Source: Anaerolineales bacterium
GTDB lineage: Bacteria; Chloroflexota; Anaerolineae; Anaerolineales; Villigracilaceae
Direction: 5' to 3'
Length of the DNA stretch: 33,471 nucleotides
NCBI GenBank assembly: GCA_036276515.1
Contig: DASUOS010000201.1
Span: forward strand, 1-33,471
Positions within the stretch are counted from its first letter, which is position 1; the number at the start of each line of letters is the position of its first letter. The notes under the pieces are model-generated. The model worked only from the letters and a program-made list of their open reading frames with translations, did no database searches and was not told the DNA's origin. A program made the translations under genes and the position numbers. Positions 7,257-18,493 of the stretch are shown in pieces.

Positions 7257-9284
7257 TCATGACTCGCACAGAAGCTCGTTGATCCTCTGGTAATCGTATC
7301 CAAATTCCGGTGGGTAGTCTGGATCCTCTTCCAGGAACATACATAGCGGCACACGCATTTTTACATTGCCCTTGATTTGTTCGTTATATAATGCGCGGGC
7401 GTCCTCGATCCGGCCTACGTTGACCAGCGCCTCGAAGAAGGGGATGATCTCGGCCTTGTCATCTGTCTCAAGCCCCTGCTCCACGGACTCATCATAAAGC
7501 CTGGCGATCTCCTCCCAGTCACCGGTCTGACGGGCGAGGGAGGCTCTCTGGTACATGTAGCACCAGCCGCGCTCAGGCTCTGCGCCAAAGATGGAAGCAG
7601 GCGGGATGGGAGAATGACCTGTCGGAAGGATGCGGTTTACGCGGGAGTATTCACCGATCTGGCGTAGTATCAATGTTTCGGTTTCCGAATAGACGGGGAG
7701 CGTTCCATCGATCACATGCAGGCACGAGGACATGGGTGACATGCTGAGCAGCAGCAGGTTATTGAAATCGCGGTGCAGGCGGATGTCACGTACCCGGTTG
7801 TTGCGCACTTCCTTTTTCAGAATATCGTAAGCCGTATCGGAATTGAGGACTTCGGCCTGGATGGCAGGGGTTTTGGCCGGCTCAGGATTGTAGATCAGGT
7901 TCAGCGGTCCCCATATTTCGTAATCCTGTTCAGGGTTGAATTCTTCGGCGCTGTAGGTCATCACCAGTGTGTCATCCTGGATGTCGGGCGCGCGCCAGGT
8001 CATCTGCCACCACATCTGGCGCTGGAATTCCCAGTAACGCGCCCAGGTATCGGCATTCAGGATCTGGGCCGTCACCGAGATGCCGATCAGGGCAACCAGG
8101 GCCAGCCTGCGGAAGCCCGGCTGGATCATAAGCAGGATCCCTCCTACGAACAGCACAACCCCTGGAATGGGGTGCAGCCCATAACTCTTGTAGGCATCAT
8201 ACAGCTCGACATGCCTGCCGGAAAAGATGACCGGGGTCACCGCGAAGATAATCATTAAAGGCCCGATCCACAAAAAACCGCGCAGCCTTGCAGATTCTGT
8301 ATTTTCCTCCATGGTCTGCCTGTTTTTGGAAAAGGACAGGTACAGCCATGCCAGCCCGGCCACAATCCCGGCGATCAGAATGGAAACTGCCAGGTTCGAA
8401 TACGGTGCAGAGGCGATCAGCTGGTACGGCATGGCGAACCAGGCAAAGATCGTAGTGTCCAGAAAATCCTTGATCGTTTCCATCACCAGGCGGATGGTCA
8501 TGGCGCGAAAGTTGCCGAGATAATCGGCCGCGAGCTGAGATGCATCGGTCGCGTTGCGTGTGCTCTCGAAGATGAAAATACGCCAGTACAGGAACCCGGC
8601 CGTCACCAGGAGGTGCGGCCAGACCCGCTTGAGTACTTCCGTCAGAAGGGTGCTCCATTTTCGGATTCCATTCTGGAACAAGACGTACCCCAGCAGCAGA
8701 ATGCGCGTCCCCTCGAAACCGATCATATACTCGTAAATGAACAGATAATTGGCGGTCAGCAAAATGGATACAAGGCTGTACAAGGCCTTCCATCCCAGAC
8801 GGTTCTCTCTGACAGCCTGCAGCATGGCGGCGATCGAGAGCAGTGCAGTGCCAAAGCCATAAAGATGGTTCTGTTTGGTGTTGGCATTGGGGATGGAGAG
8901 AAAGCCCGGGTAGACCAGGAACAGCACGGTCAGAAGGGTCGCCATGGTTTTCTGCTCCGGCCAGACCAGGCGCACGATCCAGTAAAACGCCATCCCGCCG
9001 ATGAAGCGCCAGAGCAGTGCATAGAGATGCCAGTTGACGATCGTATTGCCCAGCAGCCGGTACAGAAAAGAATAAACAACCCCCATGAAAGGCCGATCCG
9101 TCGAAAATAAAGGAATGATGCTTTCCGGGCCCCGCGCCTGGCCGGACCACAAAAGATACCAGTCGTCGTGATAGTAGCCGAGGCGGGGGATGCTGAACCC
9201 GTAGGTAATTAACGTTGTCAGGAGAATCAACAGAGTGGCAACGAACGTCTCATTGTGGAACAATTTCTGGATCGTTTGCTTCAT
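7257..9284 (-). CDS. Multi-pass membrane protein, probable GT-C-fold glycosyltransferase, with a C-terminal extracytoplasmic domain
   Basis: 675 aa with many TM segments. Acidic YYHDDW motif after TM1, then DRP; GGAG RBS upstream. Confidence 0.6.
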   Translation of the reverse strand: MKQTIQKLFHNETFVATLLILLTTLITYGFSIPRLGYYHDDWYLLWSGQARGPESIIPLFSTDRPFMGVVYSFLYRLLGNTIVNWHLYALLWRFIGGMAFYWIVRLVWPEQKTMATLLTVLFLVYPGFLSIPNANTKQNHLYGFGTALLSIAAMLQAVRENRLGWKALYSLVSILLTANYLFIYEYMIGFEGTRILLLGYVLFQNGIRKWSTLLTEVLKRVWPHLLVTAGFLYWRIFIFESTRNATDASQLAADYLGNFRAMTIRLVMETIKDFLDTTIFAWFAMPYQLIASAPYSNLAVSILIAGIVAGLAWLYLSFSKNRQTMEENTESARLRGFLWIGPLMIIFAVTPVIFSGRHVELYDAYKSYGLHPIPGVVLFVGGILLMIQPGFRRLALVALIGISVTAQILNADTWARYWEFQRQMWWQMTWRAPDIQDDTLVMTYSAEEFNPEQDYEIWGPLNLIYNPEPAKTPAIQAEVLNSDTAYDILKKEVRNNRVRDIRLHRDFNNLLLLSMSPMSSCLHVIDGTLPVYSETETLILRQIGEYSRVNRILPTGHSPIPPASIFGAEPERGWCYMYQRASLARQTGDWEEIARLYDESVEQGLETDDKAEIIPFFEALVNVGRIEDARALYNEQIKGNVKMRVPLCMFLEEDPDYPPEFGYDYQRINELLCES

Positions 9285-9412
9285 CCGTGTTCTCCGCCGG
9301 GAAATTGTAACATGAGACAGTATATGGGCATTTCCTGCCTGTCACTGTTAAAAGGCATGCGGATTCGCTGGGTTATAATGAATTGGCTTTACCCGGCATT
9401 CGAGCCTCCCCT

Positions 9413-10924
9413 ATGAAGACCCGATCGACAGCCGCTCCCCGGCAAACCCTGGCGGAAATCCTTTTGCCCGTATTGATCGCCCTGATCTTCCTGGCGTTTA
9501 CCTTTTCCTATTACCCTTTTCGCGAAAAACTGCAATTCGACACCGACGAAGGCCTGAACCTGATGCGGTCCATGCTGGTGGAAATGGGTCACCCGCTCTA
9601 CAGCGAAACATCCAGTGACCAGCCGCCCTTGTTCAACCAGATATTGGCGCTTGTTTTCCGCCTGGTGGGATTCAATGTCAACGCGGCACGGATACTGGTC
9701 CTGCTGTTCTCGACGCTGCTGGTCTGGGCAGGGGCTCAGTTTTTACAGCTCACCTGGGGAAAAGGGTCAGCGATGGCCTTTTTACCGCTTGCGATCATGG
9801 TCCCGCGCTACCTGGACCTGAGTGTGGCGGTGATGATCGGGGTGCCTTCGATCGCGCTGGCTCTTGTTTCGGTGTTGTTCGCAGTCTTCTGGCACCTGAG
9901 CAGGAGGGAAATCTGGCTGGTTCTCTCCGGGTGCACGCTGGCCCTGTCGGTGCTGGTCAAGCTGTTTACCGGCTTTCTGGCCCCCATTCTTCTAGCCGGT
10001 ATCACGTTCGCGGCGTATACGGAGGCACGAGAGGAGAAATTCTCATGGACGACGCTACGACCGGCAGCGATCTGGAGCCTTTCCTTCGCCGCACTGGGTC
10101 TGGTGCTCGGCCTGCTCCTGGTTGGACCGGGTAATTTACCCTCGATTCTTCTTCCGCACCTCAACGCGCCTTCCCAGGAATATTTCCAGACTCAGGGGTT
10201 TGGGATGAATGCTCACCTCCGGGAGGCAGTTCCGCTGCTGGTTTTGAGCATGCTTGGCGTGATCCTGGCCCTCTACCGTAGGAACTGGCTGGCGTTGTAT
10301 CCACTGGCCTGGGCGGGACTGGCTTATCTGCTGTTCACAATTTATTCACCGGTTTTTTATCACCACCAGTTATTGATTACGATCCCTGCTGCGATCCTGG
10401 CTGCGGGTGCCGTGGGGGAGGGGATTCTGACGCTCCTGGGCGCGAGAGGAGAAGGCGACTTTCTCCGCCTTGAATCCCTGCTCGCAGTGGCAGCCGTAAT
10501 CGGCTTCGGTTGGACCGCAGTCCAGTATGCGCCGGTCCTCGACCGGGAGCTGATGAACAGCCCTCGTTTGACCGACTTCACCCTGCGGGCTACATCAGGG
10601 AAACTAAAAGTGCTCCGCACTATGGACAACTACATCGAGCAAACGAACTGGATCATGACCGATATGCCGATGTACGCCTTCCGAGTCGGACGGCCTGTGC
10701 CTCCGGACCTGGCAACTTTTTCCCAGAAGCGGCTATCCACGGGTAGTCTGACTGAGGAGGATATCCTGGCTGCGATGCGGGAATACCAGCCCGAGCAGGT
10801 GCTCATTGCCCGGTTCCAGATCCCGGCGCTAGAAGAATACATCCAGGAACGCTACACACTTATTTTATCGGTGGAGTTTTTTCGCTTATTTTTACGCAAT
10901 GATCTGCAGCCAGTTAATCCATAA
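9413..10924 (+). CDS. ArnT/GT39 (PMT_2)-like membrane glycosyltransferase
   Basis: FDTDEG after TM1, DQPPLF and many TMs. ATG 9413 preferred over TTG 9383, which lies only 3 nt past a TATAAT. Confidence 0.75.
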   Translation: MKTRSTAAPRQTLAEILLPVLIALIFLAFTFSYYPFREKLQFDTDEGLNLMRSMLVEMGHPLYSETSSDQPPLFNQILALVFRLVGFNVNAARILVLLFSTLLVWAGAQFLQLTWGKGSAMAFLPLAIMVPRYLDLSVAVMIGVPSIALALVSVLFAVFWHLSRREIWLVLSGCTLALSVLVKLFTGFLAPILLAGITFAAYTEAREEKFSWTTLRPAAIWSLSFAALGLVLGLLLVGPGNLPSILLPHLNAPSQEYFQTQGFGMNAHLREAVPLLVLSMLGVILALYRRNWLALYPLAWAGLAYLLFTIYSPVFYHHQLLITIPAAILAAGAVGEGILTLLGARGEGDFLRLESLLAVAAVIGFGWTAVQYAPVLDRELMNSPRLTDFTLRATSGKLKVLRTMDNYIEQTNWIMTDMPMYAFRVGRPVPPDLATFSQKRLSTGSLTEEDILAAMREYQPEQVLIARFQIPALEEYIQERYTLILSVEFFRLFLRNDLQPVNP

Positions 10925-10947
10925 TACAGACAGGGTATTATAAATTC

Positions 10948-10978
10948 AAAATTCATTCACTGAATTTTAGGATATAAT
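10948..10978 (+). promoter_or_regulatory. Putative promoter of sat-cysC with an inverted repeat
   Basis: AAAATTCA-ttcac-TGAATTTT (10948-10968) immediately before TATAAT (10973-10978). Confidence 0.5.
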
Positions 10979-10992
10979 TGCGCCTTGTCTGA

Positions 10993-12765
<1,773 letters not shown>

Positions 12766-12777
12766 CCCGCAACGCAC

Positions 12778-12818
12778 ACGCAGTACGTATCCAAGGATGC
12801 GTACTGCGTTCCTTTTTT
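12778..12818 (+). terminator. Rho-independent terminator-like hairpin
   Basis: ACGCAGTACGTATCC-aa-GGATGCGTACTGCGT (one G-U pair) followed by tcctttttt. Confidence 0.65.
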
Positions 12819-14408
12819 ATGAACATTCGTGTTACTTCCCGCCTGGCTGTTTTCATTGCCCTCCTGCTGATCGCGGCGACCGGCGTTCTGCTGGTGCTGA
12901 TGGCGACCCCAGAAGGCGCCGGCCTGTCAGATGATTCGATTGCCTATATTGCAGGGGCGCGCAGCATGGTGGTGGGCAATGGCTACCGGGAAGCCTGGCT
13001 GGCGTCCAACCAGCCGGTTACCCATTTTCCCCCTGCCTTTTCCTCGGTTCTTGCCTTCTTTGGGTTTTTAGGAATCGATCCGCTGAACGCGGCGCGCTGG
13101 GTCAATGCTCTGCTGTTCGGGATGAACGCCGCGCTGCTGGGCATCCTTGCCTGGCGAATGACGCCTTCGCTCACGGCCGGACTGGTGCTGGCGGGATTGT
13201 TCATCCTGAGCGCCGACCAGCTCCAGGTCCATACGATGGCGATGAGCGAGCCTCTGTTCATCTTTCTCTCACTGCTTTCCATCTGGATGTTCGATCTCTA
13301 TTTCGAGCGCGGTCAGCACTGGTGGCTGGGCGCCTGCGCGACCCTTGTGGGAATGGCGTATCTCACACGCTATTCCGGCCTCGCCCTGGTTGCCACTTTT
13401 GTTGTTGCATTACTTATTTTGCATAAGGGCTGGAAGAAAAAACTCGTGACCAGTGTCCTGTTCATTGCAGGCACTCTGCCGTGGATCCTGGGCTGGGCCG
13501 CTCGCAACAGGCTGACGGCCGAGAATGCAACGAACCGTACATTTGCCTGGCATCCCATTACAGATGAAAATATTCGCATTGGACTGCGCACCGTTTCCGA
13601 AGCGCTGATCCCGGTGGAAGCCTGGCGCAGAGAGATCTTCAAGCAGCCGTTCGTCATTGAAGCTGCGGTCATCCTCATCCTGGGCGCGGTGCTGGTCTGG
13701 CTGGCCGTCAAAGCATGGCAGTATGTAACGAATCCTCTCCCCCCTGCCCCCTCCGCCGGCCAGGCAGCTCCACAAGGAAAAAACGGGATGCTGGTTCGGG
13801 AGGTCATCTCCTTCACCGTCGCCCTGTTTTTCTTTGCCTACTTCGCCTCCACCATTTCTTCCATGCTGATGTTCGATGCGGCCACGAAGTTCCGGCTGCG
13901 TATTCTGGCTCCGATGTTTGTCTGCCTGTTGATCCTGCTGGTTTATTTCGGGGTCTGGCTGCGGAATAAGAATCGCCCCCTGGTCGTCCTCCTGACGTTT
14001 GTCTTCCTTGCATTTTCCACCTACCGGCAGGCCAACACGATCAATTTCTGGTCGAGGGGCGGCATGGGGTATGCCTCTTTCCAGTGGTACGATTCAAAGG
14101 CGATGGCCTACTTGCGGGAGCTGCCCGAGGATATCCACATCTACACGGATGAGCCTGCTGCGGTCTATCTGTATACCGGGCGCGGAAATTATGTCCTGCC
14201 AGATCGGTATGACTCGGCCACCACGCTGGCGCGCCAGGGCTTCGAAGAGAACCTGGCGATCATGCGACAGGAGATCCTCGATGGCCGGGCCGTGCTGGTG
14301 ATCTTCAAGGGCGGCGAAGTCAATACTGAAGAGGCAGCCCTGTTCGGCGAAGGCTTATACCTGGCCCACAAATCGGCGGGCGATGAGATCTATACTGCAC
14401 ATCCATAA
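12819..14408 (+). CDS. GT-C (GT39/ArnT-like) membrane glycosyltransferase
   Basis: LSDDSIAY after TM1, HFPP, MSEPLF, LTRYSG and many TMs. Confidence 0.7.
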   Translation: MNIRVTSRLAVFIALLLIAATGVLLVLMATPEGAGLSDDSIAYIAGARSMVVGNGYREAWLASNQPVTHFPPAFSSVLAFFGFLGIDPLNAARWVNALLFGMNAALLGILAWRMTPSLTAGLVLAGLFILSADQLQVHTMAMSEPLFIFLSLLSIWMFDLYFERGQHWWLGACATLVGMAYLTRYSGLALVATFVVALLILHKGWKKKLVTSVLFIAGTLPWILGWAARNRLTAENATNRTFAWHPITDENIRIGLRTVSEALIPVEAWRREIFKQPFVIEAAVILILGAVLVWLAVKAWQYVTNPLPPAPSAGQAAPQGKNGMLVREVISFTVALFFFAYFASTISSMLMFDAATKFRLRILAPMFVCLLILLVYFGVWLRNKNRPLVVLLTFVFLAFSTYRQANTINFWSRGGMGYASFQWYDSKAMAYLRELPEDIHIYTDEPAAVYLYTGRGNYVLPDRYDSATTLARQGFEENLAIMRQEILDGRAVLVIFKGGEVNTEEAALFGEGLYLAHKSAGDEIYTAHP

Positions 14409-14414
14409 AGGCAC

Positions 14415-15245
14415 ATGATGAAAATCCAGGAAAAATTCGATCTGACAGGCCGCGTAGCCGTCATCACAGGCGGGGTTGGGCTGCTCGGCACGGAGTTTTG
14501 CCGGACGCTGGCGGAGGCCGGCGCGGCGGTGGTCGTGGTGGACCTCAACGCTTCGGCTTCGCAGGCCGTGGCTGAATCCCTCACGAAGGACGGAGCCAAA
14601 GCCCTGGCTGTCCCGACCGATATCACCCGGCCGGACTCGGTCAACGCCCTCGTGGAAAAGACCCTGTCTGCGTTCGGGCGGCTGGATATCCTCGTCAACA
14701 GCGCAGCGCTCGACCCGAAGTTCGATCCGGAGGCGATGAGCAAGGGCATCACTCCCGGCGCGTTCGAGGATTATCCGCTCGACCTGTGGAACTCGGCCCT
14801 CAACGTCAACCTGACCGGGATGTTCCTGATGACCCAGGCCTGCGTCAAGCCGATGATCGCCCAGGGCAAAAAGGGCAGCATCATCAACATCTGCTCCACC
14901 TACGGGCTGAACGGCCCCGACCAGCGCATTTATGTAAAAGACGGACAGCGCGTCGCCTACAAGCCGGTTTACTATACCGTGACCAAGGCAGGGGTCATGG
15001 GCTTCACTAAATATCTTGCGGCTTATTACGCCCAGACGGAGATCCGAGTCAATGCCCTGACCCCGGGCGGCGTGTTCAACAACCATGAAGACTATTTTGT
15101 CAAAAACTATTCCGCCAAAACCATCCTCGGCCGCATGGCCCGCAAGGATGAGATGAACGGCGCGCTGCTGTTCCTGGCTTCGGATGCGTCTTCGTATATG
15201 ACCGGAAATAATGTCGTCGTCGATGGGGGGTGGACGAGCTGGTAA
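14415..15245 (+). CDS. SDR family oxidoreductase (PtmA/ElaC-like)
   Basis: TGGVGLLG, VNSA, catalytic YTVTK, STYG...PDQRIY and RVNALTPGG. Confidence 0.9.
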   Translation: MMKIQEKFDLTGRVAVITGGVGLLGTEFCRTLAEAGAAVVVVDLNASASQAVAESLTKDGAKALAVPTDITRPDSVNALVEKTLSAFGRLDILVNSAALDPKFDPEAMSKGITPGAFEDYPLDLWNSALNVNLTGMFLMTQACVKPMIAQGKKGSIINICSTYGLNGPDQRIYVKDGQRVAYKPVYYTVTKAGVMGFTKYLAAYYAQTEIRVNALTPGGVFNNHEDYFVKNYSAKTILGRMARKDEMNGALLFLASDASSYMTGNNVVVDGGWTSW

Positions 15246-15320
15246 ACAAGTAAACCGGGAGACACGTAGACAATCAAATATGTTTACGTGTTTACGTGTG
15301 TACATGTCTCCGTGTCTAAG
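15242..15320. repeat. Two inverted arrays of degenerate 8-nt repeats
   Basis: gtaaacaa gtaaaccg ggagacac gtagacaa [tcaaata] tgtttacg tgtttacg tgtgtaca tgtctccg tgtctaag. Confidence 0.85.
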
Positions 15321-15326
15321 CCAACT

Positions 15327-16568
15327 ATGACTGAAATCCTCGCCCTCATCCCTGCCCGCGGCGGCTCGAAGGGAATCCCGCGTAAGAATATTCGCAGTTT
15401 TGCGGGGTACCCGCTCATTGCCTGGAGTATTGCCGCGGCCAGGCAGTCGGAGCTGGTGACTCGCCTGATCGTGTCCACGGATGATGAAGAGATCGCTTCG
15501 GTGGCGCGGCAGTACGGTGCAGAAACACCCTTCCTCCGTCCCGAAGAGCTGGCCCAGGACAAAACCACCGACCTGCCGGTCTTCGAGCACACGCTCCAGT
15601 GGCTGGAGGAGAACGAAGGCTATCGACCCGAGATGATGGTGCAGCTGAGGCCTACTTCCCCGATCCGTCCAAGAGGAATGCTGGATGGTGCCATCCGGAT
15701 CCTTATCGAACATGCGGATGCAGACTGCGTGCGCGGGGTGGTCCCAGCCGGGCAGAACCCGTTCAAGATGTGGCGCTTTGACGACGAAGACCAACCCATG
15801 AAACCTCTGCTGAGCGTGGCAGGAATCGCCGAGCCGTACAATGCGCCGCGCCAGATCCTGCCGCCGGTTTACTGGCAGACCGGACACATCGACGTCATTC
15901 GCGTCTCGACAATCAGGAATAAGCAATCACTTACAGGCGATGTGATCTATCCGCTGGTCATCGATCCGCGCTACACCGTAGACATCGATAACCTGTCCGA
16001 CTGGGCGAAATATGAAGCACTGGTTAGCAGCGGGCTGGAAATCGTCTCGCCAGGCCCGGCTTTCAGCCGCAAACGTTCCATGCCTGAGAAGATCGAGCTG
16101 GTCATCTGCGACTTCGACGGGGTGATCACCGACAACCGTGTCTGGGTGGACCAGGACGGGACCGAAATGGTCGCCGCCTACCGGAGTGACAGCGTCCGGG
16201 TGAAGGAGCTGCGTGCCATCGGCATCGACGTGATGATCCTGTCCTCCGAGCCGAACCGGGTTGTGGAAGCGCGTGCCCGCAAGATGGGCGTGGAGGCGAT
16301 CCACGGCATTGCCCTGCACGACAAGGGCCGCGTGATGCGCGAAGTCCTGCAGCAGAAGAACATCCTGGCGGAGAATGTCATCTTCATCGGCAACGACATC
16401 AACGACCTGCCGTGCTTCGAAGTGGCGGGCTGGTCGGTCGCCGTCGCCGATGCATTCCCGGATGTGATCCGCGCCGCCGATTATATCCTCAGCAAGCCGG
16501 GCGGCCACGGCGCGCTGCGGGAAGTCTGCGATTTGATATTGACTAAAACAAACCCTAACGGTCTTTAA
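15327..16568 (+). CDS. neuA: Acylneuraminate cytidylyltransferase fused to a KdsC-like HAD phosphatase
   Basis: IPARGGSKGIPRKN, LRPTSP and DID in the N-domain; DFDGVITDN, GNDINDL and GGHGALREVCD in the HAD domain. ATG 15327; the upstream extension is repeat-derived. Confidence 0.9.
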   Translation: MTEILALIPARGGSKGIPRKNIRSFAGYPLIAWSIAAARQSELVTRLIVSTDDEEIASVARQYGAETPFLRPEELAQDKTTDLPVFEHTLQWLEENEGYRPEMMVQLRPTSPIRPRGMLDGAIRILIEHADADCVRGVVPAGQNPFKMWRFDDEDQPMKPLLSVAGIAEPYNAPRQILPPVYWQTGHIDVIRVSTIRNKQSLTGDVIYPLVIDPRYTVDIDNLSDWAKYEALVSSGLEIVSPGPAFSRKRSMPEKIELVICDFDGVITDNRVWVDQDGTEMVAAYRSDSVRVKELRAIGIDVMILSSEPNRVVEARARKMGVEAIHGIALHDKGRVMREVLQQKNILAENVIFIGNDINDLPCFEVAGWSVAVADAFPDVIRAADYILSKPGGHGALREVCDLILTKTNPNGL

Positions 16569-16582
16569 GACCGTTAGGGTTT
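16550..16582. repeat. Perfect 16-bp inverted repeat (REP-like) overlapping the neuA stop codon
   Basis: AAACCCTAACGGTCTT-t-AAGACCGTTAGGGTTT. Confidence 0.85.
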
Positions 16583-16598
16583 TACAAGGAGAACAACA

Positions 16599-17483
16599 AT
16601 GACTCGTGAAGTAAAAATTGGGAACCATTGGGTGGGCGACGGCCATCCTGCCTATGTGATCGCCGAGATCGGCATCAACCACAACGGGGACCTGGACATT
16701 GCGAAACAGATGATCGACGCCGCGGTCCATGCCCGGGCGGATGCAGTCAAATTCCAGAAGCGTACACCCGAGGTGGCTACGCCGCTGGAACAGCAGAACC
16801 AGATGCGTGAGACACCCTGGGGCTACATCAGCTATCTGGACTATCGCTATAAGGTGGAATTCAACGAGGACCAGTACTGCGAGATCGACCGCTACTGCCG
16901 CGAAAAGGGCATCGCCTGGATGGTCTCGGTCTGGGATGAGCCTTCGGTGGATTTCATGGAAAAGTTCGATACGCCGGCCTACAAAATACCATCTGCCTCA
17001 CTTACCGATTCAAAATTGATCCGGAGGGCGCGGGCAACCGGCAGGCCGTTGATCCTGTCCTCGGGCATGTCCACAATGGAGCAGATCCGAAAAGGCGTGG
17101 ACGTTTCGGGAGAGAAAGATCTTGTCCTGCTGCACTGCACCAGCACCTATCCCTGCGAGCCGGAGGAGCTGAACCTGAAGATGGTGGAAACGCTCCGCAA
17201 TGAATTTCCCAACATCCCCATTGGCTATTCGGGCCACGAAGTTGGACTCATCCCTTCGGCGGTTGCTGTGGCATTCGGGGCCTGCATGGTGGAACGCCAC
17301 CTGACCCTGGACCGCGCCATGTGGGGCTCGGACCAGGCGGCCTCGGTGGAACCCGGCGGCTTCGAACGCCTGGTGAAATACATACGCGTGACAGAAGCGT
17401 CGCTGGGCGATGGTGTCAAGAAGGTCTATCCCAGCGAGCAGAATTCGATGAAGAGACTGAGGCGCGTCACTGGCGAGAATTAA
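16599..17483 (+). CDS. neuB: N-acetylneuraminate/KDN synthase family protein, short form without the C-terminal SAF domain
   Basis: IAEIGINHNG, AVKFQKR, KIPS, HCTSTYP, GYSGHE and ERHLTLDR; AAGGAG RBS. Confidence 0.93.
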   Translation: MTREVKIGNHWVGDGHPAYVIAEIGINHNGDLDIAKQMIDAAVHARADAVKFQKRTPEVATPLEQQNQMRETPWGYISYLDYRYKVEFNEDQYCEIDRYCREKGIAWMVSVWDEPSVDFMEKFDTPAYKIPSASLTDSKLIRRARATGRPLILSSGMSTMEQIRKGVDVSGEKDLVLLHCTSTYPCEPEELNLKMVETLRNEFPNIPIGYSGHEVGLIPSAVAVAFGACMVERHLTLDRAMWGSDQAASVEPGGFERLVKYIRVTEASLGDGVKKVYPSEQNSMKRLRRVTGEN

Positions 17484-17542
17484 TGAACGACAGAGAGCGC
17501 AGGCGCAGCGAAATTGCGAATCTAGAGTCTGTGTAGTACCTT

Positions 17543-18397
17543 ATGAATCCGATCAAACAGCTTCGCCGTGCCGTCCGCCCCGCAGGAAAAAGCCTGCAGG
17601 CGATGGCGCGTTGGAAGCGGCTGTCCTTCGACGAGACGCCGTCCATCTTTGGCAATTCCAAGCCCAAGAGCGGATCGCACCTGCTGCTGCAGATCCTCAA
17701 CGGCTTTACCCAGATCATGCCGTATCGGTATGTGGACGCGGATCCGGTGCGCACGATCGAGAAGGACGGTGGACGGCGGACCGTGGAGGATGTGCTGGCG
17801 GATTTGAAGGCTGTGCCGCGCGGAGTGATTGGCTGGGGATATGTAGAGGCGACGCCGGAGAATGTTTCGTTTTTGTGCAGGCCGGAGCGTGTCAATTATT
17901 TCATCTATCGTGACCCGCGCGACATGCTCGTCTCCCAGGTTTTCTTTGCCACGGATATGCATGAAGAGCATGGCATGCACGAGTATTACCAGTCCCTGCC
18001 CGATTTTGGCGAACGTCTCAAGGCGGCCATTACCGGCATCGACCGGGATGGGCTGCGCATGGTCAGCGTGAAACAGAGATACGAAGGCGTTTTTCAGTGG
18101 CTGGAACAGAAGCACATCATGTGCTTGCGCTTCGAGGATTTGATCGACAACCGCCAAGATACCTTGGCGGCCATGCTCGACGAAGTGGAACGGACCGGCT
18201 ACAGGATCCCGGCGCCGCGTGAAAAAGCGCTCTCTATCCTGGTGGAGGCGATCCAGCCGCGTAAGAGCCATACCTTCCGCTCGGGGAAGACAGGCGGCTG
18301 GCGTGAGCATTTTACAGAGAACCATAAAACCTTATTCAAGGATGTAGCGGATGACCTGCTGATCCGGCTCGGGTACGAGAAGAATAACGACTGGTAG
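17543..18397 (+). CDS. PAPS-dependent sulfotransferase (Sulfotransfer_1-like)
   Basis: SKPKSGSH, RDPRDMLVS, RFEDL and FRSGKTGGW. Confidence 0.9.
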   Translation: MNPIKQLRRAVRPAGKSLQAMARWKRLSFDETPSIFGNSKPKSGSHLLLQILNGFTQIMPYRYVDADPVRTIEKDGGRRTVEDVLADLKAVPRGVIGWGYVEATPENVSFLCRPERVNYFIYRDPRDMLVSQVFFATDMHEEHGMHEYYQSLPDFGERLKAAITGIDRDGLRMVSVKQRYEGVFQWLEQKHIMCLRFEDLIDNRQDTLAAMLDEVERTGYRIPAPREKALSILVEAIQPRKSHTFRSGKTGGWREHFTENHKTLFKDVADDLLIRLGYEKNNDW

Positions 18398-18493
18398 AGG
18401 CGGGAATCGAGCTTACAAAACCCATAATTAAGAACTGTCATTTCCATACCTGAGACGGGTCTCTTCGCCGGGCGGGAATCGTATACTTTTCAG

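Noticed and set aside
8197-9150. 317-aa alternative-frame ORF within the GT-C gene
   Set aside because: Arg/Pro/Gly-rich composition typical of an off-frame reading; no motifs.
13732-13790. C-rich tract encoding NPLPPAPSAGQAAPQGKNG in a GT-C loop as a possible repeat-derived insert
   Set aside because: No clear inverted partner or periodicity; cannot be supported without ortholog alignment.
14355-15926. Long antisense ORF (523 aa); similar cases at 28773-30137, 15927-16730, 17522-18325 and 32262-33095
   Set aside because: They lie opposite well-supported genes and have no recognisable motifs. Shadow ORFs are expected in GC-rich coding DNA.
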